64,000 nt of DNA from positions 298,282,001-298,346,000 of the forward strand of contig NW_027362762.1 of the NCBI RefSeq assembly GCF_046119375.1, written 5' to 3'. Position 1 is the first letter of the stretch. The number at the start of each line of letters is the position of its first letter. Under the pieces are notes generated by a model. It did no database searches. It was not told where the DNA came from and saw nothing but the letters and a program-made list of their open reading frames with translations. The stretch is from Phyllobates terribilis (taxonomy: Eukaryota). Positions 46,340 to 59,764 of the stretch are shown piece after piece. A program made the position numbers and the translations under genes.

Positions 46340-47969
46340 TATATATTTACCTATTTGCTGTATATACATAGTGGACATCAACTATAACTTCTATTTAGGA
46401 CCAAAGCATTACTAGAACTGGTTCACCACAAGGTCTTGAAATAAAGATTACATGAAAAGGATATGCATTTGACAATTAACTAACCTGAGAACATGACTCC
46501 TTCCAATTCACTTATCACAAATGAAATTCCTAGCAAATTACACATACTGAACATGATTTCACAGTATAGCTTGTAGGCCTCCAATTAAGACTAAATTGAT
46601 AAATGCAGATTTGTGTGTCAGGCTGTCAAGCTGCCAGAAGCAAAAGCTGCAAAAGGCCAATTAGCACTAAATTTGCGTAGTGTTGGCAAATATTAATAAT
46701 CAAATGTTAATTAAGAACAAATATAGAGCCAAATATTTATACATTTTTTTAAATCCGATATATTTCTGGTAAATTCAACATACTAGCATGTCCAAATATT
46801 CTCCTATCTGTCCTCTAGAAAACCTCTTTCACATGTACTGTACTTCATTTTCCTAAAAAAAAATCTACCCGGGATGACATCTACTAACAGTTTTTAATCA
46901 GTACACATACTGTATTTTACACATGATAAAGAGTTGTATACAATGAAAAATAAAGCAGAGTTAATTTTCTAGTGTATAGAACTAGAAAAAAAAACTATAT
47001 AAACTTACAAGAAAGGTAGAATACCTTTAATCAGTTCAAGACCGGATCATTTAATTTTAAGATGTGGAATTTGTTGACGCTATATAAATAAAATTATTAT
47101 TATTTATACCCCATTCCTGACCAGACATATTTTAAGGTTCTCTTGTACATGTGGTTTGAAGAGCTGTAAATTTTTCTTCTTGTTTGGATATTTAAGTAGT
47201 TTTTGTGTCTTTTTTTAATGGTATATCAGGCTTCAGGTTTAGGTCACTAATTTTTTCTTTTTTTCCTGATGTCGGGTGATATCAGTGGGAAAATAAGTGA
47301 AGTGGAGTAAATGTCTGTTTTTCCCATTTTTTATTTAGTTGTGTCCAAAAAGGACCACAGAAATACTTTAAAATATTTGTTCCACATTATGTAACAATTA
47401 TTTTTATACATCAGACATGTATTTTTTATTATGGGGGACAGGGCTAGTAACAGCAATTTAGATAGACAGTGGTACTATCTATTTTTCATCAGCTATTTTT
47501 TTTTTTACTAATTAATTTTATGCTTCATTTATTTTACACATTGCACCTCCCATAAAGGCATAACAGACCTTTGGAGAGGGATTTTTTTCAGAGCTGTCTG
47601 GATCTCCTATTACCCAGCAGCTCCTGCTCCCTCCTTTTACACAGCTATCACATGACAACTGTGTATCAAGGAAGAAGTGTCTTCAGCACTTCCCATCATT
47701 GTGCACACAGAGCTTCTTTAGCACTGTGTATACAGCAATAAAGAAGGCAGAGATGGTAATAAACCATCTGTGCCTTCTCTAAGGACTCCAGCTGTCAAGA
47801 GGCTGTCACAGAGCTGGACTACTATTAAGTGACGTAGGAGCAGGAGCACCCAAAGATTAATGCCAATATGCGATCCGGAAGAAGTTAAAATATTAAAAAT
47901 AATAATATGTAGGGGTGAGTAGTTGGTAATCCGTAATCAAAGCATTGCTTCTGGAATTGTGAGACCACA

Positions 47970-48901
47970 ATTCCAAAAGCAGTGAGGAATCTTGAGGAAT
48001 CTTAGCGCATTCCTCAAGTGAAATAGCCTTCTAATTCACTAATATTTTTGGGTTTGCGTGTTGCAACCACTTTCTTCAAATCCAATCAAAGATTTTATAC
48101 AGAGTTCAAGTCAGGTGACTGACGACCACACCAGTATCTCACACGACTTCTGCTGAAACCAAATCTTGTTGTATTTTGATGTTTGCTAGGGATTATTTTC
48201 CTTTGGAAGGTCCAGTGATGTTTAAGCTTCAGCATCCTCACAGAAGGAATGACGTCTTCTCCTAAGATTTCCTGATACTTGATGAAACCTACAGCGTGTG
48301 GTGGACAAGATGGATTCCCAGTTTCAGAGGAAGCAAAGCAGCTTCAGAGCATCACTGAGCTACCACCATGCTTCCCTGTAGCTGGGTGTTCTTCCTCTTC
48401 TCAGACATAGGCCTACAAACGCCTTCCGCTCATCCATAGGCCTACAAAGTTTTATTTAATAGCTCCACAAAAACTTCTCTGACTTATTTTTATTGTCTGG
48501 AGCATATTGGAGATGACTTTTCTTGTGCTTTTGATTAAGAAGAGGTGCACACCTTGGAGTATGGAGCATGGAGACTTTCAGCGTTAAGTTTGTGCCTTAC
48601 TGTCAAATTGAAATCTCAGTGACTGCTACAACTGAATCTTGCTGCAGGCGTTTTACAGTCATTTGAGGGGTTTTGACCACTGGTATCCTCAGGAATCTGT
48701 TGACAGTTTCCTCTTTCTGCCACATCCAGGTAGTGTAGTTTTAACTGTGAAGTTTGCTTCCAAATGTATTTCTAGGAAAATTCATTGATTTACTATCTTT
48801 TTGAATCCTTTTACTTGTTAGTGCAAGTCAATGGTCTCTTAATTTCTGGAGCATTCTCTTGACAATCCAATAATATTAGGCTGTCAAGACCATTGTGGCA
48901 T
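47970..48901 (-). mobile_element. Degenerate Tc1-like remnant, interrupted by a solo LTR (probably continues after 50172)
   Basis: Reverse strand has decayed Tc1 transposase-like text; boundaries are approximate. Confidence 0.45.
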
Positions 48902-48905
48902 GATT

Positions 48906-50168
48906 TGACGCGCCCCCAGGGCCGTGGGGTACTCTGTGCCGGGCCTATAGATGCTGGGGAAGGGATATGTCACAGTGGCGGCGGCCCGGTCCGTGGCCCA
49001 GGGCGGTCAACAAAAAGGGGAAGGAAAATATTTATATGGGATTTGTAGTTCTTAGGAAGTGTTCTTGACGCCACCTGTGGTTTCTGGTAATAGGTACCAG
49101 CGCCGCTTCAGACCTCTGGGGCGGTTGATAGGGCAGCTGGGTTGGAACGGCTCCCCACAGGTGGAGCGGGCCCCAGGGCAGTGTAGTATAGATGATGGTG
49201 ATGCTGGGGCTTGTGGTGCAGGAGAGATGGCGCAGCGGAAATAACTGACGGAGGCAGTGGAGTGCAGTCATCCGAGTTTACTCACAGTTCTGTTCAAGTT
49301 CCTCAGGTACACTGTACGGGTGTGTCTGCCTCCCGTGTCGCATTGCGTCTACAAGACAAGGAGTCCAGCACTTTCTCAAGTATATCAGGTGTGCTTGACG
49401 GAACCCCGCTTTCTTTATGTTCCTTACTAGACTGACTTCCCGCGCACAGTCTTCTCCCTCCTGCCCTGTGCTTTCCCAAACACAGTCCCGATCGGGTACT
49501 CTGAAGTCCCTCTGGGCAACCTGGAGTTCCTGGACCTACTTGATGCCCTTTACGGTGACTAGGGTGAGACTGTGGCAACTGCACCATGGAAGTGCAGAAG
49601 CCTCTGGTTTTCCAGCCGAGACCTGGAGTAACACGGCTGGTCCAGGGACCGGTTCCCTTCTTGCGGCCTGATCCCTCTGACACTTGGCAGACTCGGGCGT
49701 ACGGGTGCCGTCCTCCACTCACCGTACCCCCTGGGATCCTTTCTGTTAATGGAGCCTTTGTCCTCTGCTCCCCTCCTGGGCCTCTCTTACCAGGCCCCAA
49801 TTATGGAGCAGAGCTCCTGAAGAGACTCTGCTCCCCTCCTCTCCTCACTACTCACTGACTGACTGTCCTGCCACCCTAAGATGGCTTCCCTTTATATACC
49901 TCCTATTATGGTGCTCCCTTACTCTACATCCTCCACACTCACCCACTACTGGTTCCCCCTCTCTTTGGTTCCCCCCACTCCAGCCAGGGACAGGGTTCAG
50001 CAGAAACACAGTGCATCTTGCCCTTCCAGCCGGCCTGGAGTAGTGTAGTGTTGAATGCGGGTGTTGGGATTCCGGGCAGCACTCCGTCCTTACCTGAGAG
50101 AAGGAGACACCACACCTCTGGGTGAGGTGCAGTACCTCTGTGGCGACTGAACCCTCAGGGGAGCCACA
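48906..50168 (-). mobile_element. Solo LTR (1263 bp), third Gypsy LTR family
   Basis: TG...CA ends, TSD GATT (48902-48905, 50169-50172). The minus-strand end GGCCCTGGGGGCGCGTCA resembles the end of the LTR at 523-1514; TATA box on the minus strand near 49890. Confidence 0.85.
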
Positions 50169-52427
50169 GATTCCTAAGGAATGCTGCCAGAAGCAGGAGT
50201 CTGGCGGTTATGACCTGCTATAAATGTGATGCATAGCCAGGGAGGGGGGCTATACTAACTACTAAAGACTCTTGTCATGAAGAGGTTAAATAATGCAGAA
50301 ACTGCAGTAGTGGGTAAAAGTGGCAATTTTTATTGAATTTGAAGAAGCCACTTATTATATTAGGTGTGTTGAGGTATTTGAATTTTTCTTGTTTGATTGG
50401 TTTGTTGTAAGCCACAGAAAGTTTTTACATTTTGCTAATAAACCTAATTTGCAATGGAGGTTGAATCGTTTTGACTGCGATTGTATATTATCAACATTGA
50501 ACCTTATCTACTATTTTGCTACTAAATTATTCAGGTCATCCTGCAGGAATATTCAATGGCACTGTATCTACAATACCACAGAGCTTTGTGTAACCTATGA
50601 AAACAGAATTAATATTATGTACAGGTTAAAGGAAATTATGACGATTAACGCCCACAAATCGCTTATATGGTCATGTAGCTCATTAAAAGATAAGCCAATC
50701 TGTACTTTTATTTATAAAATTTGCTGACCCATAATCGAAAAACACACTTTTTAATACATATGCAAATAAGACTGAAGTGCTCTGGGGGTGATTGCGGAAC
50801 TTTCCGAACTTCTGCATCTCCAGCTCTATCCCCAGCCTAGCACCTTGTTCTTCTGCTTGGCTGACAGCTCACTGTTTTGACTACACAGCCAGTGATCTGT
50901 CAGTCAAGCAAAAGATACAACAAATGAGGACTTTGGATAGATATGAACTCTGATATTATACACATGAGACTCGGATCCCTTCATTGAGCTGATCTGCTGA
51001 ACGATCAATAGTTAGTTCATGCCAATTCTCTATGGGAAATCTGCTCAGCCCTGCTGAAAAGGACAGTACGCTGTCTTGTAGCTTGAGCATATTTAACCCC
51101 TTTACTACCCAAGGTGGTTTGCATGTTAATGACCAGGCCAATTTTTACAATTCTGACCACTGTCACTTTATGAGGTAATTACTCTGGAACGCTTCAATGG
51201 ATCCCCCTGATTCGGAGATTGTATTTTTGTGACATATTGTACTTCATGATTGTGGTAAAATTTCTTCTATATCATTTGCGTAAAAAAAGAAAATTTGGCG
51301 AAAATTTTGAAAATTTTGCAATTTTCAAAATTTGAATTTTTATGCTCTTAAATCAGAGAGATGTCACACAAACAGTTAATAAATAACATTTCCCACATGT
51401 CTACTTTACATCAGTACAATTTTGGATCCAAATTTTTTTTTTATTAGGGAGCTAGAAGGGTTAAAAGTTGACCAGCGATTTTTCATTTTTCCAACAAAAT
51501 TTACAAAACCATTTTTTTTAGGGACATCACATTTGAAGTCACTTTGAGGGGTCTATATGACAGAAAATACCCCAAAGTGACACCATTCTAAAAACTGCAC
51601 CCCTCAAGGTGCTCAAAATCACATTCAAGAACTTTATTAACCCTTTAGGTGCTTCACAGGAATTTTTGGAATGTGGAAATAAAAATGAATATTTAAAATT
51701 TTCACAAAAATGTTACTTTAGACCCAATTTTTTTTTATTTTCGCAGGGGTAAAAGGAACAAATGGACCCCAAAATTTGTTGTGCAATTTCCCCTGAGCAC
51801 GCAGATACCCCATATGTGGGGAAAAAACACTGTTTGGGCGCACGGCAGGACGCCATGCTGCGTTTGGGGAGCCTCTGATGTGCCTAAACAGTGGAAACTC
51901 CCCACAAGTGACACCATTTTGGAAACTAGACCCCTCAGGGAACTTATCTAGATGTGTGGTGAGCACCTTGAACCCCCAGGTGCTTCACAGAAGTTTATAA
52001 CATTGAGTCGTGAAATTAAAAAAAAATCAAACTTTTTCCACAAAAATGATGTTTGAGCCCCAATTTTTTTTATTTTCACAAGGGTAAGAGGAAAAAATGG
52101 ACCTGAAAAACTTTTGTGCAATTTCTCCTGAGTATGCCAATACCCCATATGTGGGGAAAATACAGTGTTTGGGTGCACGGCAGAGTTCAGAAGGGAAGGA
52201 GCACTGTAACTTTTTGAACGCAAAATTGGCTAGAATTGAGAGTGGACGCCATGTCGCGTTTGGAGAGCCCCTGATGTGCCTAAATAGTGGAAACCCCCCA
52301 CAAGTGACCCCATTTTGGAAACTACACCCCTCAAGGCTTTTATCAAGGGGTATAGTGAACATTTTGTACCCAGAGGTACGACACAGAATTTAATAACATT
52401 AGGTCATCATATTGAATAAGTTGTCAT

Positions 52428-52719
52428 TAGTCTTGAGAGCAAGTGCTCGCTACTTGAGTTTGTATCGGGTACTCAGGTATGCACCATGTATCGCGCGTGC
52501 TCGAGTGACATGCTCGAGTCACAACCCGCATGTTACACGGTTATTAGACACCCAAAAAAAACCACGCGGGGATCGCTCGTGCATGGCAGGCAATCCCCGC
52601 AATGTTTTTTTGGCCGCGAAGCATATGGGGTGGAGACTCAAGCATGTCACCCGCGATACTCAGTGCATACCCGAGCACCCGATGCATACTCAAGTAGCGA
52701 GCACTTGCGCTCAACACTA
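52428..52719. mobile_element. hAT MITE sharing terminal sequence with the 11-kb hAT
   Basis: TAGTCTTGAGAGC...GCGCTCAACACTA; TSD GTTGTCAT/GTCGCCAT (6/8 match). Confidence 0.72.
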
Positions 52720-52767
52720 GTCGCCATATCGTCAGCTTTTCTTTTTTTTTTCACTTTTGAAAAAAAT

Positions 52768-53511
52768 CCCAACCCTAACCCCAACCCCAGCCCTAACCCT
52801 AGCCCAACCCCAGCCCTAACCCTACCCTAGCCCAACCCCAACCCTAGCCCAACCCCAACTCTAGCCCAACCCTAACCCTACCCTAGCCCAACCCTAACCC
52901 TAGCCCAACCCTAACCCTAGCCCAACCCTAACCCTAGCCCAACCCTAACCCTAACCCTAGCCCAACCCTAACCCTAGCCCAACCCTAACCCTAACCCTAG
53001 CCCAACCCTAACCCTAACCCTAGCCCAACCCTAACCCTAGCCCAACCCTAACCCTAGCCCAACCCTAACCCTAACCCTAGCCCAACCCTAACCCTAGCCC
53101 AACCCTAACCCTAACCCTAGCCCAACCCTAACCCTAGCCCAACGCTAACCCTAGCCCAACCCTAACCCTAACCCTAGCCCAACCCTAACCCTAACCCTAG
53201 CCCAACCCTAACCCTAGCCCAACCCTAACCCTAGCCCAACCCTAACCCTAGCCCAACCCTAACCCTAACCCTAACCCTAGCCCAACCCTAACCCTAACCC
53301 TAGCCCAACCCTAACCCTAGCCCAACGCTAACCCTAGCCCAACCCTAACCCTAGCCCAACCCTAACCCTAGCCCAACCCTAACACAACCCCAACCCTAAC
53401 ACAACCCCAACCCTAACACAACCCCAACCCTAACACAACCCCAACCCTAACACAACCCCAACCCTAACACAACCTCAACCCTACCCTACCCTAACACAAC
53501 CCTAACCCTAG
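52768..53511. repeat. Telomere-like variant array (CCCTAA / CCCTAG / CCCAA, ending in ACACAACCCCAACCCTA units)
   Basis: About 740 bp of mixed (CCCTAA)n(CCCTAG)(CCCAA) units. Confidence 0.93.
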
Positions 53512-54991
53512 AGTTTATTTTTTACGCCATTCCTCGTGTGGTATAAGTGATTAGACGACTTTATTCTTCAGGTCAGTGTGATTACAGCGATACCAGAATC
53601 ATATCGGGTTTTTATGATTGACAGCTGTCACACACTAAAAGACGCATTTTTTTGCAAAATCTAGTTTTTGCATCGCCATATTTTGAGAGCTATAATTTTT
53701 CCATATTTTGGCAGACAGTCGTGTGATGGCTTGTTTTTTTGCGGGATGAATTGATGTTTTTATTGGTACCATTTTCAGGCACGTGATATTTTTTGATCGC
53801 TTTCTATTACGATTTTTGGGAAGCAGAATAAACAAAAGCCAACAATTCAGGAATTGTTTTTTTTTTTTAATTTTTTTTATGCTGTTCCACGTTTGGTAAA
53901 ATTGATAAGTTACCTTTATTCTTCAGGCCAGTACATTTACAGCGGTACCACATTTATATCGTTTTTCTATGTTTTGGCGCTTTTACACAATAAAAGTTAT
54001 TTTATAGAAGAAAATATTTTTTTGCATCGCTTTATTCTGAGAGATATAACTTTTTTATTTTTCGGCTGATGGAGCTGTATGGTGGCTTGTTTTTTTGTGG
54101 GACAAGATGACCTTTTCAGTGGTACCATTTTTATTTATATTCGTCTTGTTGATCGCGTTTTATTCCATTTTTTGTTTGGCGGTATGATAAAGCATCGTTT
54201 TTTGCTTTGTTTTTTTTATTTTTTACAGTGTTCACTAGAGGGGTTAACTAGTGGGACAGTTTTATAGGTCAGGTCGTTCCGGACGCGGCGATACCAAATA
54301 TGTGTACTTTTAATTATTTTGTTGTTTTTTCTTTTCATAATAATATTTATTGATGGGTACATTATATTTTTATTTTTGGTGGATTTTTTTTTATATTTTT
54401 ACAAAATATTTTTTTTTTTCATTTTTTAACACTTTTTTTTTACTTTTATACTTTGTCCCACTATGGGACTTTCAATTTTTTTACTCTGATCGCCTGTATA
54501 GCATAGGGATGGAGCACCATCCCTGTGCTATACAGGCCGTCAGCGCTGCAGATGCAGAGGATACTTTGGTCATGCAGTGCGCATGATCAAAGTATCTTCC
54601 TACTGTCTGGTGACCCGGATGTTGTCATGACGACATCCATGTCACCATGACAACCACGGAACCCGTCCTCAGACAGCACGGGACGACGGAGAAGAGGTGA
54701 GTATTGGCGCTTACCTCCTCAATGCTGCGATCGATTTCAATCGCAGCATTGCGGGGGTTAACGTGCCGGGAGCGGTGCGGGACCTCTCCCAGCACATAGC
54801 ACCGAGTGTCAGTGTAAGATGACACTCGGTGCTATGTGCACCATGTGTGACAATCAGCTGACACCCGACGGCGATCGCGTCCGCACAGCCTGTGTGCGGG
54901 CAAAATCAACAGGGCATACTAATACATACCTGGCTCTTAAGTCCCAGGGCACAGATACGCATTAGTACGCCCTGGGCTTTAAAGGGGTTAA

Positions 54992-56131
54992 AAGAAAACC
55001 ATTTACAATTTAAAAGTAACTGTAGTTTCAAACATAAAGGGTTTTTCCCACAAATGAAAGTTCATTTTAATCAATAGATCTTGGAATAATAATAACTTCC
55101 ACAATTGGATGTGTTTAAATAAAATGTTCCTGTGGTGAGATAATCTTATAAATGTTCCCCTGCTGTGTACTGTGTAATGGCTGTGTTTGACCGTGCAGGG
55201 ACATGGTCTGATTATATCAAATCTCCTGTGCAGGAGAGGAAGCAAAAGAGTATACAGACATTACAGCACGGGATCATAACTTATTCTTTTTGTGAGATAA
55301 AACATTTCCCTACCTGTTTTTAAAGGGTATGTCCACTACTTTTACATTGATGCCCTATCCATAGGATAGGGCATCAATGTATGATCGGCCGGGGTCACGC
55401 ACGCGGCACCCCTGCCGATCAGCTGTTATTGGTGTCGAAGGCCGGAAGTGCTCACCTGTGGGTCTCCATCGTCAAGTGGTAGTGGCCGCCGCGGTGTACT
55501 GCACATCCGCCTGCCATAGAATTGAATGGGAAGCGGATGTGTAGTACACCGCGGCGGCCACTACCACTTGATGGCAGTGCCCCGCAGGTGAGCACTATCG
55601 GCAGGGCATCAATGTAAAAGTAGTGGACAACCCCTTTAAACAAAGCTTTACTTCAAAGAAAGAATCATTTGTGATCCCCTGCTGAAATGTCAGTATACTC
55701 TTTTCCATCCTTAGCTGGCCAGGAGCTGTGGTATGATCAGACCATGTTCCTGCACTGTCAGACACAGCCATTACACAGGGGCACATTTATAAGATTATCT
55801 CAGCACAGGAACATTTTATTTAAATACAATCAATTGTGGTGTGGTCCTGGGTTCACATCCCACCAAGGACAACATCTGCAAGGAGTTTGTATGTTCTCCC
55901 CGTGTTTGTGTGGGTTTCCTCCGGGTTCTCTGGTTTCTTCCCACACTCCAAAGACATATTGATAGGGAATTTAGATTGTGAGCCCCAATGGGGACAGCCA
56001 TGATAATGTATGTAAAGTGCTGCAGAATATGTTCGCGCTATATAAAAATAAAGATTATTATTATTGTGGAACTTATTATCATTCCAAGATCTATTGATTA
56101 AAATTAACTTTTGTTGGTGGGAAAACCCCTT
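54992..56131. mobile_element. Palindromic T2/Kolobok-like MITE with a nested TTAA MITE (about 55324-55637) and a nested SINE
   Basis: AAAGTTCATTTTAATCAATAGATCTTGGAA near 55058 is inverted at about 56083-56112; the inner element AGGGTATGTCCACTACT...AGTAGTGGACAACCCCT is flanked by TTAA. Confidence 0.7.
55840..56062 (+). mobile_element. 5'-truncated V-SINE
   Basis: V-domain-like GGAGTTTGTATGTTCTCCCCGTGTTTGTGTGGGTTTCCTCCGGG...CCCACACTCCAAAGACAT, (ATT)n tail, TSD ATTGTGG (55833-55839, 56063-56069). Confidence 0.8.
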
Positions 56132-56744
56132 TAAACTCGAGAATTTTTTTTCTCAGAGCTGGAGTGGTGCTTCTAATCTAAGGTCTCTGCCAGTAGTCTT
56201 ATACTTAGCCGCCTGCATCTTCACCTTTTATCAGCGCCGTGTCATCTTGTGACCACAGCTCCTGACTGGCCAGAAGTCAGAAGTAACAGTAACAATCTCT
56301 CAATGCAAGGCTATAAGTACCAGAATGAGGCTCTCATCGACTTGTATTGAAAAGTGACCTGCGGCTCGCTTCAGCAAACACAGGAGAGACCCGGCACGTC
56401 ACAATCTGCTGGAGACCGATGGGAGCTGCGGCGATAAAAAGTAAAGATGGCAGCAAATATGTATAAGAGTATGGGTAGGTACCTTAGATTAGAAGCAGCA
56501 CTCTATAGGTAAAATAAAAAAAATGCTGGAGTAGTTGTTAACTACATAAAACAATAGTACTTGTGAATATAAGAGACTTTGTACTATGTTTTACCAGGGA
56601 AATCTGTTAGTTTCTTTCTGCCCTTATGCGCCACTTCTTCCCTTCCTCCTTCATTTATGCCTATGAGATATATTTTAGGGCTAATGAATATTTTGACACT
56701 ATACATTGGCCTTTTAGGACAAACGTCTATGTCTTGAAGATTAC

Positions 56745-56820
56745 CTCGGATAATGTAATTGTCTAGGGCATCTTCCATTCTCTTTAGGGCTTCAGTACGA
56801 TTGCTACCGTGTGTCACCAA
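56745..56820 (-). CDS. PCCA: PCCA internal coding exon ([26 protein letters not shown]), 76 nt, phase 0-1
   Basis: tttcttatag|TTGGTGACAC...ATCCGAG|gtaatc. Matches human [26 protein letters not shown] (recalled) and follows the previous exon in frame across a 501-nt intron. Confidence 0.95.
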
Positions 56821-57321
56821 CTATAAGAAACAGTATCAATGTTATAATGATGTAAAGCAAAAATTTGCAAATCACTTCTTCTCTAGTTCTAGAGACTGAA
56901 AATAATTAAATACACTAGGAAATGGTAAATAGGATATGACCATATAAGCAGTAATGTAATATTCATGCTTTTAAATGCTACACACCATTGACTAGATTTT
57001 AAAATAATGCAGCATTGCTTCCAGGCATATACGGTAGTTAATCTCAGATATCCTTCCGTCTTTTGAATACATTTTTATTCCTCATTAATTTAAAATAGAT
57101 TTGCGTGAGAAAGCCAATGATTTTGGAGTTAAACACAATTATGAATCAAGAGCTGTGTTCACCTACTGATTTCTTGAATCAAAAAGCATACATAAACAGA
57201 CTTCTACATCTAGTCCCCACTTTGTAGTCTTCCTTTTTCAAGGTGACTGACCAGTATTAGGAGTGAAATGAAATGTGCTTGCTATTCAATTTTGACTTAT
57301 GTAGCAGGATTAGAAACTTAC

Positions 57322-57390
57322 TTTTGAAATCATAGGATCATAGTAAATGCTGATGTCGCTTCCTTCTTGGATGCCACTGTCAACTCGCAC
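57322..57390 (-). CDS. PCCA: Propionyl-CoA carboxylase alpha chain, internal coding exon ([23 protein letters not shown]), 69 nt, phase 0-0
   Basis: Minus strand reads ttttgtgcctaag|GTGCGAGTT...TCAAAA|gtaagt. The peptide matches the biotin-carboxylase C-terminal motif of vertebrate PCCA (human [23 protein letters not shown], recalled). Confidence 0.95.
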
Positions 57391-58276
57391 CTTAGGCACA
57401 AAAAATAAAAAGTTACTAAGAATTGAAATGTATGAGTCAGACATACTAAATAGGCACAATGCTTTTAGGAATGCAATGAAATTTTGCAGACAATATGGCG
57501 TTCCAGTAAAAATTAACAGAACTAGCAATATTAGATAATTTTTTTTCTTTCCATGGGACAGCAATTGATAATACATCATTCCATCCACAGAAATGCAAAT
57601 CACTTGTGTTTTTTTGCAATATGGCAATGTCCAAAAATTGCAACTTTTCAATGGCAAATCCGCAGCAAAATCTGCATTTGTGACATGTGGTTTTTGATGC
57701 CTGTTCATTACGGATTTCATTCATCTACATTGAAAGGGGTAACATTGGAGGTTAAAATCTGCAACAGAAATTGATACACTAAGGATTTTAAAATTCACCC
57801 GCTGATAAAATCCACAACATTTCCAGCCCCCGGTACATCTACAATTGCACATAATTATTTAAGCTGTAACAATGTGGACACAAGCTTTGTAAGTAATGGA
57901 ATTATTTCAATTTAAAGTTATAATGCAAACAACAAAGGGAAACCTCATTAAATGGTCCTTCAGATGTCAAGCAAAATGATAAATGAAGCATCTGTTTAAT
58001 TGGTTGATATGGGGTACAACACATTTGCATGTAGTTTGCAATTAAAACCAGATGCCCATAATTATTGAGATTAGCGGGAATAAAACATTTGGCACATAAA
58101 CAATCAGTATAAAAAAGACAAAAAACAAAAACAAGGATTCTACGAAATCCATTCACTACTGAGAGTGCAGGATGTCCTTGTGCAAACTAACTACAGTCAA
58201 GTTACTATTAGTAATCCTCAATCCTGATCAGTAATTTCCCTACCTTCAAGGGAAAGGGCAATATGTTCAGGACACA

Positions 58277-59764
58277 CAATGGGGAAAATAAGTATTTGAT
58301 ACACTGCCGATTTTGCAAGTTTTCTTATCTACAAAGAATGGAGACGTCTGTAATTTTTATTGTAGATACACTTCAACTGTGAGAGACAAAATCTAAAAAT
58401 AGAAACCAGAAAATCACCTTGTATGATTTTTAAATAATTAAATTGCATTTTATTACATGAAATAAGTAATTGATCACCTACCAACCAGCAAGAATTCTGG
58501 CTCTCACAGAACGGTTAGTTTTTCTTTTAGAACACCTCCCACTCTGCACTCATTACCTGTATTAATTGCACCTGTTTGAGCTCGTTACCTGTATAAAAGA
58601 AACCTGTCCACACACTCAATCACACTCCAACCTCTCCACCATGGCCAAGACCAAAGGGCTATCTCAGGACACCATAGACAAAATTGTAGACCTGCACAAG
58701 GCTGGGATGGGCTACAGGACAATAGGCAAGCACCTTGGTGAGAAGGCAACAACTGTTGGCACAATTATTAGAAAATTGAAGAAACACAAGATCACTGTCA
58801 GTATTCCTCGGTCTGGGGTTCCATGCAAGATTTTGCCTCGTGGGGTAAGGACGATTTTGAGAAAGGTCAGGAATCAGCCCATGAGAGCACCTGATCAGTG
58901 ACCTGAAGAGAGTTGGGACCAGTCTCAAACATTACCGTTAGTAACATACTACGCCGTCATGGATTAAAATCCTGCAGAGCATGCAAGGTCCCCCTACTCA
59001 AGCCAGCGCATATCCACGCCAGTTGGAAGTTTGCCTATGACCATCTGGATGATCCAGAGGAGGCATGGGAGAAGGTTATGTGGACAGATGAGACCAAAAT
59101 AGAACTTTTTGGTATCAACTCCACTTGCCATGTTTGGAGGAAGAAGAAGGATGAGTACAACCCCAAGAACACCATCCAATCGTGAAGCAAGGCGGGGAAA
59201 ACATCATACTTTGGGGGTGCTTTTCTGCAAAGGGGACAGGACAACTGCACCATATTGAAGGGAGGATGGATGAGGTCATGTATTGCGAGATTTTGGCCAA
59301 CAACCTCCTTCCCACAGCATTGAAGATGGGTCGTGGCTGAGTCTTCCAGCATGACAATGAGCCGAAACACACAGCCAGGGCAACTAAGGAGTGGCTCCGT
59401 AAGAAGCATGTCAAGGTCCTGGAGTGGCCTAGCCAGTCTTCAGACCTGAACCCAATAGAAAATCTTTGGAGGGAGCTGAAATTCGATGTTGCCCAGCAAC
59501 AGCCCCGAAACCTGAAAGATCTGGAGAAGATCTGTATGAAGGAGTGGGCCAAAATCCCTGCTGCAGTGTGTGCAAACTTGGTCAAGAACTACAGGAAACT
59601 GCAAACAAAGGTTTCTGTACCAAAATATTAAGTTCTGTTTTTCTATTGTATCAAATACTTATTAAATGCAAATGTTCCTACAATAAAAATTAACCTTCTC
59701 CATTCTTTGTAGGTGGGAAAACTTGCAAAATCGGCAGTGTATCAAATACTTATTTTCGCCACTG
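58277..59764 (+). mobile_element. Tc1-like transposon with degenerate transposase
   Basis: TIRs GGGGAAAATAAGTATTTGATACACTGCCGATTTTGCAAG and the inverse ending CACTG|TA. Remnant from ATG 58641 ([22 protein letters not shown]), WTDETKIELFG and [15 protein letters not shown]. Confidence 0.9.

Larger units (their letters stand above)
51097..54987. mobile_element. 3.9-kb non-autonomous piggyBac-like element with nested MITE and telomere-like array
   Basis: TTAA|CCCCTTTA...TAAAGGGG|TTAA; same family as 134-10707 in the opposite orientation. Confidence 0.8.

Noticed and set aside
52768-53511. True telomere or chromosome-fusion site
   Set aside because: Single orientation, heavily variant units, embedded in a transposon within an intron, with no head-to-head TTAGGG/CCCTAA junction.
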